The translations under genes were made by a program, and so were the position numbers. From positions 1 through 64,000 of the IMG/VR virus record IMGVR_UViG_3300034127_000005: a stretch of 64,000 nt of DNA, one strand, 5' to 3'. Under the pieces are notes generated by a model. It had not been told where the DNA came from. It made no database searches and worked only from the letters and a program-made list of their open reading frames with translations. Of this stretch, positions 27,523 to 33,954 are shown piece after piece (the first letter of the stretch is position 1; every line of letters begins with the position of its first letter). The DNA is from a virus. Lineage: Duplodnaviria; Caudoviricetes.

Positions 27523-28134
27523 TTAGTCGTCCTGTGGTTCACTGTCAAGCTCATTCTGCTTCTGCATTTCGACATAAGCTGCTTCTTCCAGAGCGTAACG
27601 GTAGTCAGCGAAGGCTCCCAGACGTTGAGCAAGCTCTTCGCCTTCGAAGTAGACATCACGTCCACCCTTCACAATCTCAAGCTCTTCGGTGGTCAGGAAG
27701 CCGCTGTAGGTGTTCTCTACGAAACGGTTAACCATCTTGTCCATGTGTTGCACTTGAGCTGCCACGTTAGGAGCAACGTTGAAGCCAGTACCATATGACC
27801 CAGTGTGGACCATGAAGCTGCTGTATTCGTCAATCTCCCATTCGTCACAGGCCAATGCAATCGCAGTCCCAGCCGATGCACAGGTAAATCCGATGAACGC
27901 CTTGGTGCGAGCCTCACAGCTTCTCAGAGCTTTGCACAGGATGAGGGCAGTATTGACGCTCCCGCCGTTTGTGTCAAGGATCAATGTCACTGTATCATTT
28001 GGACCAGCGCCAGCCAGCACCTGAATTTCATCGTCGAAGTCATCAACCTCGGTGATGTCACGGCAGATTCGGATAACGTAGTCACGCGACACGTTCTCAC
28101 GCATCATGATACGGTTTGGTTCTTCGTGCTTCAT
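27523..28134 (-). CDS. clpP: ClpP-like protease
   Basis: TNGGSV, CASAGT.I, FMVH. Confidence 0.88.
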   Translation of the reverse strand: MKHEEPNRIMMRENVSRDYVIRICRDITEVDDFDDEIQVLAGAGPNDTVTLILDTNGGSVNTALILCKALRSCEARTKAFIGFTCASAGTAIALACDEWEIDEYSSFMVHTGSYGTGFNVAPNVAAQVQHMDKMVNRFVENTYSGFLTTEELEIVKGGRDVYFEGEELAQRLGAFADYRYALEEAAYVEMQKQNELDSEPQDD

Positions 28135-28892
28135 GCGTTGTCCTCCTTATGCATAGCAATAATCCACTGTTTGCAGCTCTCGCCACGTTCAATGTCGTTT
28201 ACGTGGTTGAAGTCGATAGCACCAACCTGAAGCTGGCTGTGTCGTTCAACCATACCCATGATCCACTTCAGACCAGAACGCTCCTTCAGCTCGCTCTGAG
28301 ACACGTCACCGCTGATAACCATCTTGCAGCCGTGACCTTGGCGGGTAACGATCTTACGAGCTTCATCAATTGTAATGTCTTCGCCTTCGTCAACGATGAA
28401 GAAGCACTTCTCAGCACTGTACCCTTTAACAACTTCGAGAGGCATAAAGATGATGTTGCCATTTTCAATCGCTGTTTCAAGTCCACCAGTGGTCAGACGA
28501 TCACGGAGAATGTTGATAACGGGCATCAGCCACATTTCCATCTTCTCGATTGCAGAGCCCTTGAACATCCCGAGAGATTTACTGTTAGAAATGTTTGGGC
28601 GAGTAAAGACAATCTTATCAATCTCACCTTTCAGGTAAGCGTCACAGGCCATTACTGTAGGGATGTACGTTTTAGCTGTCCCTGCGAAGCCTGTAGCGAC
28701 TGTCAGAGGGTTTTCCATGATAGAGCGGATGTAGGCCACTTGTTTCTCGTTGCGGGGCTTTAGCGGCGTTGTGTTGTGTTTCTGTGTACCCTCAGCACGA
28801 GCCTCTACAAACTTAGGTTGCACAACACGGCCACGAGCTTCCTTCTGATCTTGACGGGCTGCTTTTACTTGTTGTTGATTGCGCTTTGCCAT
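28131..28892 (-). CDS. phoH: PhoH-like ATPase
   Basis: PRNEKQ, GFAGTAKTY, TRP, IVDEGE, TR.G, GDVSQ; start refined to MAKRNQ. Confidence 0.92.
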   Translation of the reverse strand: MAKRNQQQVKAARQDQKEARGRVVQPKFVEARAEGTQKHNTTPLKPRNEKQVAYIRSIMENPLTVATGFAGTAKTYIPTVMACDAYLKGEIDKIVFTRPNISNSKSLGMFKGSAIEKMEMWLMPVINILRDRLTTGGLETAIENGNIIFMPLEVVKGYSAEKCFFIVDEGEDITIDEARKIVTRQGHGCKMVISGDVSQSELKERSGLKWIMGMVERHSQLQVGAIDFNHVNDIERGESCKQWIIAMHKEDNA

Positions 28893-28947
28893 TTGCACCT
28901 CCATAAAATAGGGGAGCAAATACTCCCCGAGTATTACAACAGAATGT

Positions 28948-29298
28948 TTACTCCGCTTCGCCAGATGGGATCAGAGTGGAAACGATTTCAATCAATTTCT
29001 CGTTGATGCTATTGGACACTTCAGTGGAAGCAACAACAACACTTACAGCGTCTTCCGACTTCAAAAACTTATCCACTTTCTTCAGAGTTGAGAAGTCAAC
29101 ACGGGACAAGAAGTCAGCACCGATCAACTTAGTCAGCTCACTCAAATCTGTATCCTGAACCTTACCAACAAGGTCTTCAGTCTTGGCATCGCTGTTGTTC
29201 ATCTCATGCACGGCAACCAGCAGACCTGTTACAGCGTTGAATGCGAATGCACCGAAGAATTCACGTTGAGCCTTCGTTAGTTTAATTTGATCAGTCAT
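28948..29298 (-). CDS. hypothetical protein
   Basis: AAGGAGA RBS. Confidence 0.7.
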   Translation of the reverse strand: MTDQIKLTKAQREFFGAFAFNAVTGLLVAVHEMNNSDAKTEDLVGKVQDTDLSELTKLIGADFLSRVDFSTLKKVDKFLKSEDAVSVVVASTEVSNSINEKLIEIVSTLIPSGEAE

Positions 29299-29300
29299 AA

Positions 29301-29744
29301 TTATTCTCCTTTCTTCGTTGGTTGTTTACGAACTGGTTTGGCAGCAGGCTTAGGAGCCTCTGTAAGCTCTTCTGAGGTGTCTTTACCCAAATCCAATACC
29401 ACGGTAGCCTTTTGCACAGAACGTCGCATGGATGCAGTCTTAAGGCCCACAGGATCGATGTTCGTTCCCTTATCTTGCACACTGAATCCTTGAAGCACAG
29501 CAGACTGGAAATTCAGGATGAATGTGAGCGGATCGTATTCAGCAATGTTCGCTTCAACGACGTCAGCACCAAGATCGAAGCGAAGCTCGGGCTTATCACC
29601 TTTGAACAAACGAGTCTGGTACGGGTACGTGGTTAGCATAGGGTATGATGCAATGGATGTGTCAGCGTAGAATCCGTCAAGGACTCCTTCTTCGATTGCT
29701 TGTAGGAAGTGCAGAGCATTCCCTTCTGTGATCTGGATAGACAT
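29301..29744 (-). CDS. hypothetical protein
   Basis: AAGGAGA RBS; start refined to MSIQIT. Confidence 0.7.
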   Translation of the reverse strand: MSIQITEGNALHFLQAIEEGVLDGFYADTSIASYPMLTTYPYQTRLFKGDKPELRFDLGADVVEANIAEYDPLTFILNFQSAVLQGFSVQDKGTNIDPVGLKTASMRRSVQKATVVLDLGKDTSEELTEAPKPAAKPVRKQPTKKGE

Positions 29745-29776
29745 AAAATCTCCTTTGATTATTTGTTTGTAAAAGC

Positions 29777-29837
29777 ATCTTAACATGTAAATTCTTTTTG
29801 TCAACCCCTTGACATCAAGAGAATCTATGGTTATACT
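29777..29837. promoter_or_regulatory. back-to-back sigma70 promoters at the strand switch
   Basis: - strand TTGACA-17-TAAGAT; + strand TTGACA(29809)-17-TATACT. Confidence 0.8.
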
Positions 29838-29879
29838 GCACTTATCAACAAGAACACTTCTTTTGATTTATATACTTAT

Positions 29880-29933
29880 TAGTTATTACTAGTATTAATA
29901 ATTATATAATAACTACTTAACTAGTAATAACTA
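29880..29933. repeat. 14-bp inverted repeat in an AT-rich tract
   Basis: TAGTTATTACTAGT ... ACTAGTAATAACTA. Confidence 0.8.
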
Positions 29934-29949
29934 TTAAAGGATTATATCT

Positions 29950-30135
29950 ATGAGATGTAAGTGCTGTGACAATATCATGACTTATAGAAATATGCAACTA
30001 AAATCTACAGGATTCGAAGATGACATCTGCGGGCATTGCAGATACCTCGCATTCTGGGCTATCACTGAACGTGAATACGTGTGTGGAGCATTTCCACAGG
30101 AAGGTGTTACACAGCCTAAACAATCTTCTGATTGA
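29950..30135 (+). CDS. zinc-binding small protein
   Basis: MRCKCCD...CGHC. Confidence 0.7.
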   Translation: MRCKCCDNIMTYRNMQLKSTGFEDDICGHCRYLAFWAITEREYVCGAFPQEGVTQPKQSSD

Positions 30136-30281
30136 CGTGCTAAAACGCTTGACAGAATGGGAATCGTCAGTTAGAATGAGCATATACACAAAGAATTTTC
30201 TATTTGAAGACGGAGCTGTTTTGTTTCCCTCCTCCTTTCAAGACGTAAGTCTACCGTCTTCACCCTATTCCAGAGGTACGT

Positions 30282-30611
30282 ATGACAGCTCCAGTGCAAA
30301 AGAACAAAGGTGGGCGTCCTTCCAATGCTGAGCTTGCTGCTCGTGGAATGACAAAGACCGATCTAGAAATTGGCTTGAAGACGCTGAAGAGATACTTCGG
30401 TAAGTCGGTAGAGAAGATTGTTGAGCTAGCCTCCAATCCTCAGTTGCCTGTTGACAAGCAGTTCAAAATGAATCAAGATGTGATCAACATGTTCATGGCA
30501 ATGCTGAAAGCAGATGCAATGCTCAAGCAGGCCATGGCAAGAGATGGCGATAACAGTGATATGGATACAGACACAGAAGATAAGCCAAAAGGCGTTGTGT
30601 TCGATTTCTGA
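30282..30611 (+). CDS. hypothetical protein, possibly terminase small subunit
   Basis: KNKGGRPS N-terminus, helical, upstream of the packaging module. Confidence 0.5.
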   Translation: MTAPVQKNKGGRPSNAELAARGMTKTDLEIGLKTLKRYFGKSVEKIVELASNPQLPVDKQFKMNQDVINMFMAMLKADAMLKQAMARDGDNSDMDTDTEDKPKGVVFDF

Positions 30612-30620
30612 AAATAGCTG

Positions 30621-30648
30621 TTGACAAGCTTCCGAAAACATGTAGAAT
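30621..30648 (+). promoter_or_regulatory. sigma70 promoter of the tRNA array
   Basis: TTGACA-16-TAGAAT. Confidence 0.8.
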
Positions 30649-30657
30649 GACCAACAT

Positions 30658-30735
30658 GAATCGCTAGCTCAATTGGTTAGTAGCATCGGACTTTTAATCC
30701 GGCGGTTCCGAGTTCGAGTCTCGGGCGGTTCACCA
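30658..30735 (+). tRNA. tRNA-Lys(TTT)
   Basis: cloverleaf, loop CTTTTAA, CCA. Confidence 0.92.
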
Positions 30736-30741
30736 AATTAT

Positions 30742-30831
30742 AGCGGATTGAGAGAGTGACTTAATCTAACGCTTTGCTAAAGCGTCGGGTCAGAAATGGC
30801 CCCGTAGGTTTGAATCCTACATCCGCTGCCA
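30742..30831 (+). tRNA. tRNA-Ser(GCT)
   Basis: loop TTGCTAA, long variable arm, GCCA. Confidence 0.88.
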
Positions 30832-30836
30832 GATTA

Positions 30837-30928
30837 TCGGGTCGCTCCCGAGAAGAAAACTACACGAGGAATTGAGCCAGCGCGCCTCGATGCATTGTAG
30901 GGGTACAAGTCCCAAGTACGCTGGTCAA
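30837..30928 (+). ncRNA. structured spacer RNA (pseudoknot-capable, T-loop-like hairpin)
   Basis: CTACA/TGTAG, CGAGG/CCTCG, TTGA-CCAGCG/CGCTGG-TCAA, GG-TACAAGT-CC. Confidence 0.4.
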
Positions 30929-30943
30929 GAATTTTAGATTTAT

Positions 30944-31032
30944 GGAGAGTAGCACCGATGGCGGTACACAGTCTTGAAAACTGCGCCACTGGTTAGTAGC
31001 CGGTGAGGGTTCGATTCCTTTACTCTCCGCCA
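30944..31032 (+). tRNA. tRNA-Ser(TGA)
   Basis: loop CTTGAAA, long variable arm, GCCA. Confidence 0.9.
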
Positions 31033-31038
31033 AACAAA

Positions 31039-31114
31039 GCTTCATTGACGCAACGGTAGACGTGTCTGTTTCAAACGCAGAATGTTCGGGGTTCGAATCC
31101 CTGATGAAGCACCA
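31039..31114 (+). tRNA. tRNA-Leu(CAA), short variable loop
   Basis: TCTGT-TTCAAAC-GCAGA, ACCA. Confidence 0.85.
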
Positions 31115-31124
31115 AACAAACAAC

Positions 31125-31201
31125 GCCCTCGTAGCCCAACTGGGAGAGGCAGCGCGCTTAGAACGCGTACAGTGAGAGTTCGAATCTCTCTGAGGGCACC
31201 A
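31125..31201 (+). tRNA. tRNA-Leu(TAG), short variable loop
   Basis: GCGCG-CTTAGAA-CGCGT, ACCA. Confidence 0.88.
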
Positions 31202-31207
31202 AACAAT

Positions 31208-31282
31208 GGACGATTGGCGAATCGGGAACGCGACGGTCTTTGACACCGTTATGAGCTGGCTCGACACCAGCATCGTCTTCCA
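31208..31282 (+). tRNA. tRNA-Gln(TTG)
   Basis: ACGGT-CTTTGAC-ACCGT. Confidence 0.85.
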
Positions 31283-31284
31283 AA

Positions 31285-31403
31285 TTTGAATGACTGGCCT
31301 TGCCTTATAGCCGAAGTGTCTGTTATTGTTGTGGAGATAAAATAGCAGAACGACTACAGGAGGGGCAGTGTCCACTACTCGTAACCTTGAGTCATTCAAA
31401 CCA
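31285..31403 (+). ncRNA. non-tRNA structured RNA with an 11-bp terminal stem and 3' CCA
   Basis: TTTGAATGACT/AGTCATTCAAA-CCA; internal TCTGTTATT/AATAGCAGA hairpin. Confidence 0.55.
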
Positions 31404-31460
31404 AACAACCTGAAGCTTCAAGCGCCTTGGGATGTAGCATAAGAAACCAACTCTTATGTG

Positions 31461-31489
31461 TTGACGCACAGACGACTGCGTGTTATAAA
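31461..31489 (+). promoter_or_regulatory. internal sigma70 promoter
   Basis: TTGACG-17-TATAAA with extended TGn. Confidence 0.7.
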
Positions 31490-31506
31490 TGTCGTCCTCG
31501 AATAAA

Positions 31507-31584
31507 GGGTCGGTAATGTTTAATTGGCAAACGGCGGGATTCCAAATCCTTGCATTCTCTGTTCGAATCGGAGTCGGCTCGCCA
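31507..31584 (+). tRNA. tRNA-Trp(CCA)
   Basis: loop TTCCAAA, GCCA. Confidence 0.85.
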
Positions 31585-31589
31585 AGCAA

Positions 31590-31664
31590 GTTGGATTGGT
31601 ATATGGGATTGTGCCTCGGCCTTCTAAGCCGATTAGACTGGTTCGAATCCAGTATCCAACACCA
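31590..31664 (+). tRNA. tRNA-Arg(TCT)
   Basis: TCGGC-CTTCTAA-GCCGA. Confidence 0.88.
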
Positions 31665-31688
31665 AATGAAATAGTTTTCAAAATATGC

Positions 31689-31716
31689 TTGACAAAGTTC
31701 ATTTGTCGTATACAAT
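31689..31716 (+). promoter_or_regulatory. internal sigma70 promoter
   Basis: TTGACA-16-TACAAT. Confidence 0.75.
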
Positions 31717-31736
31717 GGGGACATAAGCAAGACAAT

Positions 31737-31811
31737 AGTGAGTTGGCCGATTGGATTAGGCTCGGGCCTACGAAGCCCGCTAGGTAGGTTCGATCCCTAC
31801 ACCCACTACCA
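31737..31811 (+). tRNA. tRNA-Arg(ACG)
   Basis: CGGGC-CTACGAA-GCCCG. Confidence 0.88.
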
Positions 31812-31817
31812 GATTAT

Positions 31818-31890
31818 GTTGATTGTCGTCTAGAGGATAGGACACCGGCACTGACGCTGGAGAGATGGGTTCGAGTCCCGTTGATCAACA
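31818..31890 (+). pseudogene. tRNA-Glu-like gene with a 6-nt anticodon loop (ACTGAC), no encoded CCA
   Basis: intact acceptor, D and T arms; CCGGC-ACTGAC-GCTGG. Confidence 0.65.
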
Positions 31891-31902
31891 CTTGATTTAA
31901 AT

Positions 31903-31979
31903 GCTCTGCTCGTCTACGAGGTTTAGGATATGAGGTTTTCACCCTCATGAACGGGGTTCGAGTCCCCGGCAGAGTACCA
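31903..31979 (+). tRNA. tRNA-Glu(TTC)
   Basis: TGAGG-TTTTCAC-CCTCA. Confidence 0.9.
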
Positions 31980-31986
31980 AACAAAT

Positions 31987-32066
31987 GACTTATGGTACTG
32001 CATGGTGTGGTTGCTCCCCTGTCACGGGAGATGTTCAGATGGGATCGTTACCCATATAGGTCGCCA
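31987..32066 (+). tRNA. tRNA-Asp(GTC)
   Basis: CTCCC-CTGTCAC-GGGAG; atypical T-loop ATCGTTA. Confidence 0.82.
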
Positions 32067-32104
32067 AACAATCTCTGGTTAGGGATATAAAACTTTAACC
32101 ACAT

Positions 32105-32180
32105 GCCGCTATAGCTCAGATGGTAGAGCGCTTGCCTTGTAAGCAAGATGTCCCGAGTTCGATTCTTGGTGGCGGCACCA
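32105..32180 (+). tRNA. tRNA-Thr(TGT)
   Basis: canonical cloverleaf. Confidence 0.95.
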
Positions 32181-32187
32181 AATTAAA

Positions 32188-32261
32188 TGCCGGATAGTTC
32201 AAAAGTAGAACGCAGAGCTGATAACTCTAAAACGAAGGAGCGTTACCTTCTCTGGCGACCA
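32188..32261 (+). tRNA. tRNA-Ile(GAT)
   Basis: loop CTGATAA; atypical T-loop AGCGTTA. Confidence 0.82.
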
Positions 32262-32280
32262 ATTAGAAACACCAAATAGA

Positions 32281-32361
32281 TGCGAGAGCGCTAAGACGCA
32301 AGGCAAGTGTCAACCGGCTCATAACCGGACGCAAGAGGTTCGATTCCTCCTTTCGCAACCA
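32281..32361 (+). tRNA. tRNA-Met(CAT), possibly initiator-like
   Basis: CCGG-CTCATAA-CCGG; T1-A72 acceptor. Confidence 0.82.
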
Positions 32362-32379
32362 AACATGTGCTCCCCACGT

Positions 32380-32421
32380 GTACAGCCAGATAGAGTGTGC
32401 TGTATAAATATAGTCTCTATC
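32380..32421 (+). ncRNA. H-type pseudoknot in a tRNA spacer
   Basis: GTACAGC/GCTGTAT and GATAGAG/CTCTATC. Confidence 0.5.
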
Positions 32422-32429
32422 AGAATTAT

Positions 32430-32506
32430 AGGAAATGATCTCACCGGGCGTGGGTCGCGGACTGTTAATCCGCAGATGGGAGGTTCGAGTCCTCTATTTC
32501 CTGCCA
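32430..32506 (+). tRNA. tRNA-Asn(GTT)
   Basis: GCGGA-CTGTTAA-TCCGC. Confidence 0.88.
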
Positions 32507-32508
32507 AT

Positions 32509-32583
32509 TTTGGAAACTCGCGACGTGATGCTACGCGGGTATAAAGGAAGTGCAGTACGGGTTCATAGCGAACTTCCTCCAAA
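32509..32583 (+). ncRNA. three-way-junction spacer RNA
   Basis: TTTGGA/TCCAAA closing ACTCGCG/CGCGGGT and GGAAGT/ACTTCC hairpins. Confidence 0.5.
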
Positions 32584-32592
32584 GCAACACAT

Positions 32593-32677
32593 GGTTCATT
32601 GCGTCGAGCGGCGAAGACGACCGGCTGTAACCCGGCACAACGATACATCCTAGGTTCGAGTCCTAGATGAACCACCA
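32593..32677 (+). tRNA. tRNA-Tyr(GTA)
   Basis: CCGG-CTGTAAC-CCGG, long variable arm. Confidence 0.88.
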
Positions 32678-32798
32678 AACAGTAGTGAACATGTGATGCT
32701 AGTTCGTAATGTCAAAAGTCTGCTTGCAGAGCAAAGGCAACTAATGTAAAGGGAAAAGGCGATCCCTGACTCAAAAGAGTTGAAACCTCCAATTTATT

Positions 32799-32873
32799 CT
32801 CGGGGTATCTCAGAGGCAGAGAGCTGGGTTTGGAACCTAGAGGTCGAGATTTCGAAATTCTCCCCCGTGACCA
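32799..32873 (+). tRNA. tRNA-Pro(TGG)
   Basis: CTGGG-TTTGGAA-CCTAG. Confidence 0.88.
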
Positions 32874-32875
32874 AT

Positions 32876-32986
32876 TTTACTGAAAAGGGTACATTAAGTC
32901 TTTAGGACTGAAGTGTTCGTCCCAGCCACGAATGAGGTATTGAGCCTCGCTAGTGGGAGAATGGCAAGTCCTTAACTGGCAGTAGA
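32876..32986 (+). ncRNA. multibranch spacer RNA
   Basis: TTTACTG/CAGTAGA, AGGACT/AGTCCT, TTCGT/ACGAA, GAGG/CCTC; CCCA/TGGG pseudoknot possible. Confidence 0.45.
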
Positions 32987-32997
32987 CGCGATACAAT

Positions 32998-33071
32998 GGG
33001 CTGTAAGAATTTCGATAGTTCGCTACGCTTGCACCGTAGAAGGCGGGGTTTGACTCCCCGACGGTCCACCA
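32998..33071 (+). tRNA. tRNA-Ala(TGC)
   Basis: G3-U70 pair, CTACG-CTTGCAC-CGTAG, ACCA. Confidence 0.85.
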
Positions 33072-33087
33072 AATATAGGAGTGTATA

Positions 33088-33258
33088 ATGAGAATCAAAA
33101 GTGGCCTACGCCAGAACAAGATTGAATATACTCGCAAAAGAAACAAATGTCCTTGCTGCACAAGATTGAACTGTCGAGAAGAACTTCTCCGGCGATTGGA
33201 GTGCAAAGAGGCTGAGCAAGAGTTACAAAGCAATACGCTTGACTGTGAGGCTGTGTAG
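33088..33258 (+). CDS. 56-aa basic Cys-rich protein inside the tRNA array
   Basis: TAGGAG RBS; MRIKSGLRQNKIEYTRKRNKCPCCTRLNC... Confidence 0.6.
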   Translation: MRIKSGLRQNKIEYTRKRNKCPCCTRLNCREELLRRLECKEAEQELQSNTLDCEAV

Positions 33259-33318
33259 TCTGGGACTACCTTCCGGCTGTGACCCGGTTGATGCAGATCG
33301 AAACTGCACCTCACCCCA
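33245..33318 (+). tRNA. tRNA-His(GTG)
   Basis: CCGG-CTGTGAC-CCGG, C73 discriminator. Confidence 0.8.
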
Positions 33319-33324
33319 ATTTAT

Positions 33325-33400
33325 GTCCTTCTTGCCTGAGCGGCTAGGGTGCTGATTGCAAACCAGTAATAGATCGGTTCAACTCCGATAGAAGGCTCCA
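33325..33400 (+). tRNA. tRNA-Cys(GCA)
   Basis: loop TTGCAAA, U73-CCA. Confidence 0.82.
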
Positions 33401-33405
33401 AATTT

Positions 33406-33478
33406 GCAGGTACGCACAAGGTGTGTCGCCGGCCTTCCAAGCCGTGTAGCAAGGGTTCGATTCCCTTTATCTGCTCCA
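33406..33478 (+). tRNA. tRNA-Gly(TCC)
   Basis: CGGC-CTTCCAA-GCCG. Confidence 0.88.
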
Positions 33479-33483
33479 ATTAT

Positions 33484-33557
33484 GCTTCGTTCGTCTAATG
33501 GTAGGGCCGCTGCTTTACACGCAGTAGACGGAAGTTCGATTCTTTCACGAAGCACCA
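33484..33557 (+). tRNA. tRNA-Val(TAC)
   Basis: GCTGC-TTTACAC-GCAGT. Confidence 0.9.
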
Positions 33558-33561
33558 AATT

Positions 33562-33637
33562 GCATTCTAAGCTAACTTGGTAGAAGCGCTGGCTTGAAAC
33601 CCCAGATGACTTGGTTCGATTCCAAGAGATTGCACCA
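33562..33637 (+). tRNA. tRNA-Phe(GAA)
   Basis: loop TTGAAAC, ACCA. Confidence 0.82.
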
Positions 33638-33642
33638 ATTAT

Positions 33643-33716
33643 AGCCCGATAGCTCAACAGGTAGAGTACCGTGGATATGCTGCGGAGGATGTGGTTCGAT
33701 TCCACAGAGGCGACCA
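33643..33716 (+). pseudogene. aberrant tRNA-like gene (loop GATATGC, nominal TAT anticodon)
   Basis: canonical D and T arms and CCA, poor acceptor stem, no U33. Confidence 0.6.
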
Positions 33717-33722
33717 AACAAT

Positions 33723-33801
33723 GAGCTGTTCGTCTAACTAAGACACCCACACCACTCACGGTGTCAATGGGAAATCGGGTGAAAGTCCTGAATGCTCACC
33801 A
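33723..33801 (+). pseudogene. tRNA-like gene with an extended anticodon arm and 6-nt loop ACTCAC
   Basis: GAGC/GCTC-ACCA, GTCT/AGAC D arm, ACACC-ACTCAC-GGTGT, T-arm loop TGAAAGT. Confidence 0.55.
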
Positions 33802-33892
33802 AATGACTCAGACGACTTATCCACTCGGACATTGCTTCGTGCAATCAATCTAAGTCTGTCTGTCATACATAAGCTCGAATAGAGCTGAAAGC

Positions 33893-33925
33893 AAGCCCCG
33901 GCTCTAACGAGTTGGGGCTTTTCTC
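33893..33925 (+). terminator. terminator of the tRNA operon
   Basis: AAGCCCCGGCTC-TAAC-GAGTTGGGGCTT-TTCT. Confidence 0.85.
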
Positions 33926-33954
33926 GTTCTCATCATTTAATAAGGAAAATAACA

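Noticed and set aside
30837-30928. Firm call as an HDV, theta or twister-sister ribozyme
   Set aside because: P1 only 5 bp without G1-U, P3 mismatched, and no twister-sister cleavage loop; kept only as a lead.
32998-33071. Full tmRNA gene
   Set aside because: Only 74 nt, with a normal anticodon arm and no tag ORF or pseudoknots.
30860-33759. ORFs called across the tRNA array (e.g. 30860-31408, 32319-32678, 32877-33314, 33379-33759)
   Set aside because: Antisense or overlapping readings of tRNA genes; no RBS or protein-like composition.
33723-33801. Selenocysteine or opal-suppressor tRNA (TCA in loop)
   Set aside because: Loop is 6 nt, there is no long variable arm or 8/5 fold, and TGA is used as a normal stop throughout.
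33817-33825. DnaA-box-like TTATCCACT
   Set aside because: Single mismatched copy; expected by chance.
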